Shown here one piece after another: positions 59,969 through 64,000 of a stretch of 64,000 nt of DNA (the first letter of the stretch is position 1; every line of letters begins with the position of its first letter). Location of the stretch: NCBI GenBank assembly GCA_947258795.1, contig CAMYJU010000003.1:141779-205778 (forward strand), read 5' to 3'. The stretch comes from an uncultured Gammaproteobacteria bacterium (GTDB lineage: Bacteria > Pseudomonadota > Gammaproteobacteria > DRJJ01). The position numbers were made by a program, and so were the translations under genes. The notes under the pieces are model-generated. The model did not search any database and was not told the origin of the DNA. It saw only the letters and a program-made list of their open reading frames with translations.

Positions 59969-61096
59969 TTAGCCGAACAGATTTTCCCTGAACTGGGCCT
60001 GGATAGATTCGACTTCGTCACGGTTGTTAGACATTGCCTCGACACAGTCCGGGTCGAGCTTGGGTCCGGCAAGATGCTCTAATTCCTCAAATGTTGCGTC
60101 AATACTCCAAGCCTGTTTATAGGGTCGACGGCTGGTCAAAGCATCATAGACGTCAGCGACGGCTATAATACGTGCTTCCAGTGGGATCTCCTCATCTTTT
60201 AATCCGGACGGGTAGCCTTTCCCATCCATGGTTTCATGATGGAACTCAATAATATTGCGCAAGATATCGATGTGATAGAAATGCTGCATGCCAAAATTCT
60301 GCAGTAGGCCATCTATAAGCTCACGGCCTTTTTGGGCATGGGTGCGCATGATTCGCATTTCATCCTCATTTAGACGAGCTTCTTTTAGCAGGATACGGTC
60401 TGGGATTGCGATTTTGCCAATATCATGTAGTGGAGAAAACATGTAAATATGTTCGATATAGTCATCGTCAAGATTGTGCTTATCGGCAAGTGAGGAAGCG
60501 ATAAGGCGCGAGTAACGTGACATTCTATCCAGATGGCCACCGGTCTCCGGATCACGCAAGTGTGTGATATGCCCCGTTGTTTTAATGGCTGCGGTCAGCG
60601 TCTGTATGGAATCCAGTTCGTTAGCGACCATTAGCGAGAGCATATGTCCCATCATGTCCAGTTCATCCAGGACTTCGGGCCTAAAACAGTTGGACTCACG
60701 AGAATTAAAAAAGATAAAACCGAAAAAACGGTTATTATGGATCATCGGCATGGTATAGCTGGCAGCATATCCTGCACGTCCAATGCGGCGGGTATGTTCA
60801 TGCTTACCATCTTCAAAGGTCAGCATATTATTAATCACACGAGGCTGACGTTTTTCCAGCAAGGCCTTCAGTGAAGGTGCATCGTCCAGTAGAGCCTGGT
60901 AGTTGTCCAGTGGCGATTCGCCTTCACTGCTATGCAGGTAGGTTTTAAGAAGTGTTGTTTCCGAATCATAAATAGAAATTGCAATACGCCCAATGAACGG
61001 AAAATGAATCTTGATCGCCTTATGGGTGCAGGCCAGCTTTTCCTTTAACGGGATATCGAGATCCAGGGAAGTGAGTATGTCCTTATGTTCGGTCAT
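59969..61096 (-). CDS. GAF + HD-GYP c-di-GMP phosphodiesterase
   Basis: Motifs RDPETGGH, LHDIGK, HHE..DGKGYP and ADVYDAL.S.RPYK, with a GAF-like N-terminus. Confidence 0.92.
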   Translation of the reverse strand: MTEHKDILTSLDLDIPLKEKLACTHKAIKIHFPFIGRIAISIYDSETTLLKTYLHSSEGESPLDNYQALLDDAPSLKALLEKRQPRVINNMLTFEDGKHEHTRRIGRAGYAASYTMPMIHNNRFFGFIFFNSRESNCFRPEVLDELDMMGHMLSLMVANELDSIQTLTAAIKTTGHITHLRDPETGGHLDRMSRYSRLIASSLADKHNLDDDYIEHIYMFSPLHDIGKIAIPDRILLKEARLNEDEMRIMRTHAQKGRELIDGLLQNFGMQHFYHIDILRNIIEFHHETMDGKGYPSGLKDEEIPLEARIIAVADVYDALTSRRPYKQAWSIDATFEELEHLAGPKLDPDCVEAMSNNRDEVESIQAQFRENLFG

Positions 61097-61198
61097 TTGT
61101 ATGTTCCGGCTATTGAGGATTTACGTGTACTTAGTATAGCGGTTATCAATCCCCTGCATTAAGCCAGCATATCAAGGCACTATCTAACAACACAGTAA

Positions 61199-62764
61199 TT
61201 ATGGTTTATGGCCGCGAAGGCGGGAAAGCACGGCGCTGAAATCCAGTGGTATAGTGGTATCAATCGCAATTGAGTTAGCGCGCTCCTGGTCGTCAAGTTC
61301 TTGTGCGGTTTGCAACTGGTGCGCCAGTACCAGCAAATTGGCTTCTGATGCATCCGTCCCGGTGCGATCACGGGCGGTGATTCTGGATTTCAGCTCGGTG
61401 GTTGGTGCCTGACAATCAAGAATGAAGTAGGTCCTATCCAGTCTGTTTGCCAGTTCTGTAAATGGCCGCCTTTGCGCGATGGACAGGAAGGCTGCGTCTA
61501 CGATGACGGTATAGCCGGCTCGGATGATTTTTTCAGCGATATCAGCCAGGCGGGTATAGGTTTTTTCGCTCATCTCACGGGTATAGATACCGCTGTTGAC
61601 CGATGAGCCGGAGCGCTGGGTTTCGCCCAGGCCGGACAGGCGCTTGCGTTCAATATCGGATCGGATGTGGAATGCGCCAGCCTGTACGGCCAGTTCATGC
61701 GCGATGCTGGTCTTACCGGAACCGGACAGGCCATGAGTAATCACCAGTACCGGTTTATCGGGATTACAATACCGGTCTGCCTGCGTCAGGTAGGACTGAA
61801 ACTCGATCAGGATCTGTTGTTGCTCAGTGGGCCGGATGTCATGTTGATGAGCACGGATGCAATCAACCTTGGCGCGGACCATGGCCCGGTAGACCAGGTA
61901 GAGACGCAACACATCTACACCGTCATAGTCGCCAGTCAGTTGCAGGTAGCGATTAAGAAATTCCCAGGCCAATGCGGGTTGCCCCCGGTCCTCCAGATCC
62001 ATGGCCGTGAATGCAATCTCGCTGGCAACATCTATCCAGTACAGGTTCGGATTGAACTCGATACAATCAAAGATCAGGATATTGCCGTAATCCAGGGCAA
62101 TATTATGCAAGTGAAGGTCACCATGACATTCGCGGATATAGCCGGATGCCTTGCGTAGTTCCAGTGTCGGTTTGTGTGCCTGCCAGCTGCGTCGGGTCCA
62201 GTCCCTGACACCTTGCAGTTGCAGTAGTGTGGCATGGTCCGTGGCCAGTGCCTGTATCTGATCCAGGTTCTCGATCATCGGGTCGAGGATGCGGTCAGGT
62301 GTACCATAGGGTGATGTGCTGTCTGCTACAGCAATGTGCTGATGAAAATCGGCTACTTTTTCTGCAAGCAGGCGGATATGTTCAGCCGTCAGTTCGTCAC
62401 GCGCCAACAACTTGTCGAGTTCCTGGTCCGGATTAAACTCGCGCATTTTAACGGCATAATCGAGCACCGGACCATCACCGTTTAAGACAGGTTGCTCAGG
62501 TGCACCATTGATGCTGACCACATCCAGGTACAGGTCCGGCGCCAGCCTGGCATTCAGGCGTATTTCTTCCTCACAATAGTGTTTGCGCCGGTCGAGAGTG
62601 GAAAAATTCAGGAAGCCCAGGTCGACTGGCTTTTTAAGCTTGTAGGCGTAGGGGCCGGTCAGGATGACCCAGGAGATATGGGTTTCCACCAGGGTGATCT
62701 CTGTCACATCATGCGGATAGACCCCTGCGTTCTGAAGTGATGTGATCAGTGTTTCCGTATTCAT
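61199..62764 (-). CDS. Fused APH-like kinase / P-loop kinase protein
   Basis: ETHISWV, ECHGDLH and FDCIEF, then GLSGSGKT and RSDIERK. Confidence 0.9.
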   Translation of the reverse strand: MNTETLITSLQNAGVYPHDVTEITLVETHISWVILTGPYAYKLKKPVDLGFLNFSTLDRRKHYCEEEIRLNARLAPDLYLDVVSINGAPEQPVLNGDGPVLDYAVKMREFNPDQELDKLLARDELTAEHIRLLAEKVADFHQHIAVADSTSPYGTPDRILDPMIENLDQIQALATDHATLLQLQGVRDWTRRSWQAHKPTLELRKASGYIRECHGDLHLHNIALDYGNILIFDCIEFNPNLYWIDVASEIAFTAMDLEDRGQPALAWEFLNRYLQLTGDYDGVDVLRLYLVYRAMVRAKVDCIRAHQHDIRPTEQQQILIEFQSYLTQADRYCNPDKPVLVITHGLSGSGKTSIAHELAVQAGAFHIRSDIERKRLSGLGETQRSGSSVNSGIYTREMSEKTYTRLADIAEKIIRAGYTVIVDAAFLSIAQRRPFTELANRLDRTYFILDCQAPTTELKSRITARDRTGTDASEANLLVLAHQLQTAQELDDQERANSIAIDTTIPLDFSAVLSRLRGHKP

Positions 62765-63050
62765 GGGCCCGGATTATTGTTGAACAGTAAAAAAGTGTTA
62801 ATCAAATGTATGGGATATGGCTGACGACAACCTAACCCGTCTTAAAGTATAGATATAAGCGCTGTCAGTGGCTATTTGAACGCAATACATGATCTGGGAC
62901 AAATCGCCTTATCCATTGTTTTGCTATTCTCATTTTGTATTCTATTCTATTTATATAGAAGTTCTATGTTATAGAAGGTGTATGGCAGCTTTCCATACCG
63001 ATGTGGTTCTGTGTTCTATTAATGTTACCGGGCAGATGCGCTGGTCAACC

Positions 63051-63734
63051 ATGAGTAACCAAGTTGAAAGAATGCTGGATGATATCAGGAGCGAGGTCAG
63101 ATATACGCGACACATGATAGGAAGGGATGAGCTGGCGCCCGAAGTGATGGAGGCAATGCGTGTTGTGTCTCGCAAGGAGTTTGTCCCGAAAGCCATGCAG
63201 CCTTTTGCCTATGATAATGGCCCCTTGTCGATCGGATACGGCCAGACTATATCGCAACCCTATATCGTCGCGCTGATGACGGACCTGCTTGGTCTGGAGG
63301 CAGGTCATGTCGTGCTTGAGATTGGCACAGGCTCCGGTTATCAAACAGCGATACTGTCCAGGCTCGCCAGCAAGGTTTATTCAGTCGAATTGATTGGCAC
63401 ACTTGGCGAACAGAGCCGCAAACGACTGGAGCGACTGAAATACGACAATATAGAAACACGTATCGGCAATGGCTACGAAGGCTGGCCAGAGCACGCCCCC
63501 TATGACGCCATTATCGTTACCGCCGCGGCATCACATATCCCCGTGGCGCTGCTGGAGCAACTGAAACCGGGAGGCAGGATGACCATTCCGGTCGGGCTGC
63601 CCCACAGTCACCAGGAGTTGATGTTGGTAGAAAAAGACAACCAGGGCGAAACCCGTGTCAGGAAGATCCTGGATGTTGCGTTTGTACCGCTGGTGGCGGA
63701 CCCGTCACTTGAACACGAGCATATGAAGACCTGA
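63051..63734 (+). CDS. pcm: Protein-L-isoaspartate O-methyltransferase
   Basis: Motifs GQTISQP, VLEIGTGSGY, APYDAIIVTAA, QLKPGG and FVPL. Confidence 0.95.
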   Translation: MSNQVERMLDDIRSEVRYTRHMIGRDELAPEVMEAMRVVSRKEFVPKAMQPFAYDNGPLSIGYGQTISQPYIVALMTDLLGLEAGHVVLEIGTGSGYQTAILSRLASKVYSVELIGTLGEQSRKRLERLKYDNIETRIGNGYEGWPEHAPYDAIIVTAAASHIPVALLEQLKPGGRMTIPVGLPHSHQELMLVEKDNQGETRVRKILDVAFVPLVADPSLEHEHMKT

Positions 63735-63750
63735 AAAGGACAGATACTTG

Positions 63751-64000
63751 ATGCCGGTAAACAAGAGCCAATATCTGTTATTGCCAGAAGAGCTGTACAA
63801 GGCCTGTGACCTGTCATTGTTCAGTTTCAGAACAACCGCAGAGCTGGAGGATATCAGCGATATTATCGGCCAGCAAAGGGCAACGGATGCGCTTAAGTTC
63901 GGTGTTGGCATCAGTCACGATGGCTATAACCTGTATGTGTCGGGTTCGACAGGGCTGGGCAAGCATGAGGCGGTTAAACGAATTCTGGAAGAAAAAATAA
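63751..64000 (+). CDS. Lon-like ATP-dependent protease N-terminus (3'-truncated by window edge)
   Basis: Read by hand (MPVNKSQYLLLPEELYKACD..F.TT.EL..IIGQQRA.DAL.FG......GYNLYVSGSTGLGK), open to the window end. Confidence 0.8.
   Translation, partial: MPVNKSQYLLLPEELYKACDLSLFSFRTTAELEDISDIIGQQRATDALKFGVGISHDGYNLYVSGSTGLGKHEAVKRILEEKI

Noticed and set aside
1..64000. CRISPR arrays, tRNA/rRNA genes, prophage, transposases, defence systems
   Set aside because: I saw no regularly spaced repeats, cloverleaf or rRNA signatures, or such proteins by eye. A covariance-model scan would be needed to exclude small RNAs.

Overview
A 64-kb stretch of mostly housekeeping chromosome from a moderately GC-rich Gammaproteobacterium, probably a microaerophilic sulfur oxidiser (inferred from TusA- and DsrE-like genes plus two terminal oxidases). 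From left to right it holds the 3' end of an uncharacterised synthase-type exopolysaccharide locus (HlyD-like protein, Zn-ribbon/degenerate-GGDEF protein, GT2 synthase), a lipid A acyltransferase, ttcA, metH, an FNR-box-linked small ORF/sRNA candidate, an orphan dihydrolipoamide dehydrogenase and a GGDEF-EAL protein. Next are a TPP-enzyme/aldehyde dehydrogenase/FMN-glutamate-synthase-like operon resembling the cyanobacterial 2-oxoglutarate decarboxylase bypass, an RND pump, an ABC-2 transporter, two atypical TusA paralogues beside a TetR regulator and a membrane-anchored RRM protein. The right half carries comF, bioBFHCD, an A-type cytochrome c oxidase cluster lacking heme A synthase directly followed by ccoNOQPGHIS, an HD-GYP protein, pcm and the start of a Lon-like protease. 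I saw no rRNA, tRNA, CRISPR array or intact transposase, only small MITE-like palindromic elements. Several small ORFs missing from the supplied track were read by hand. All family assignments come from motif recognition, not database searches.
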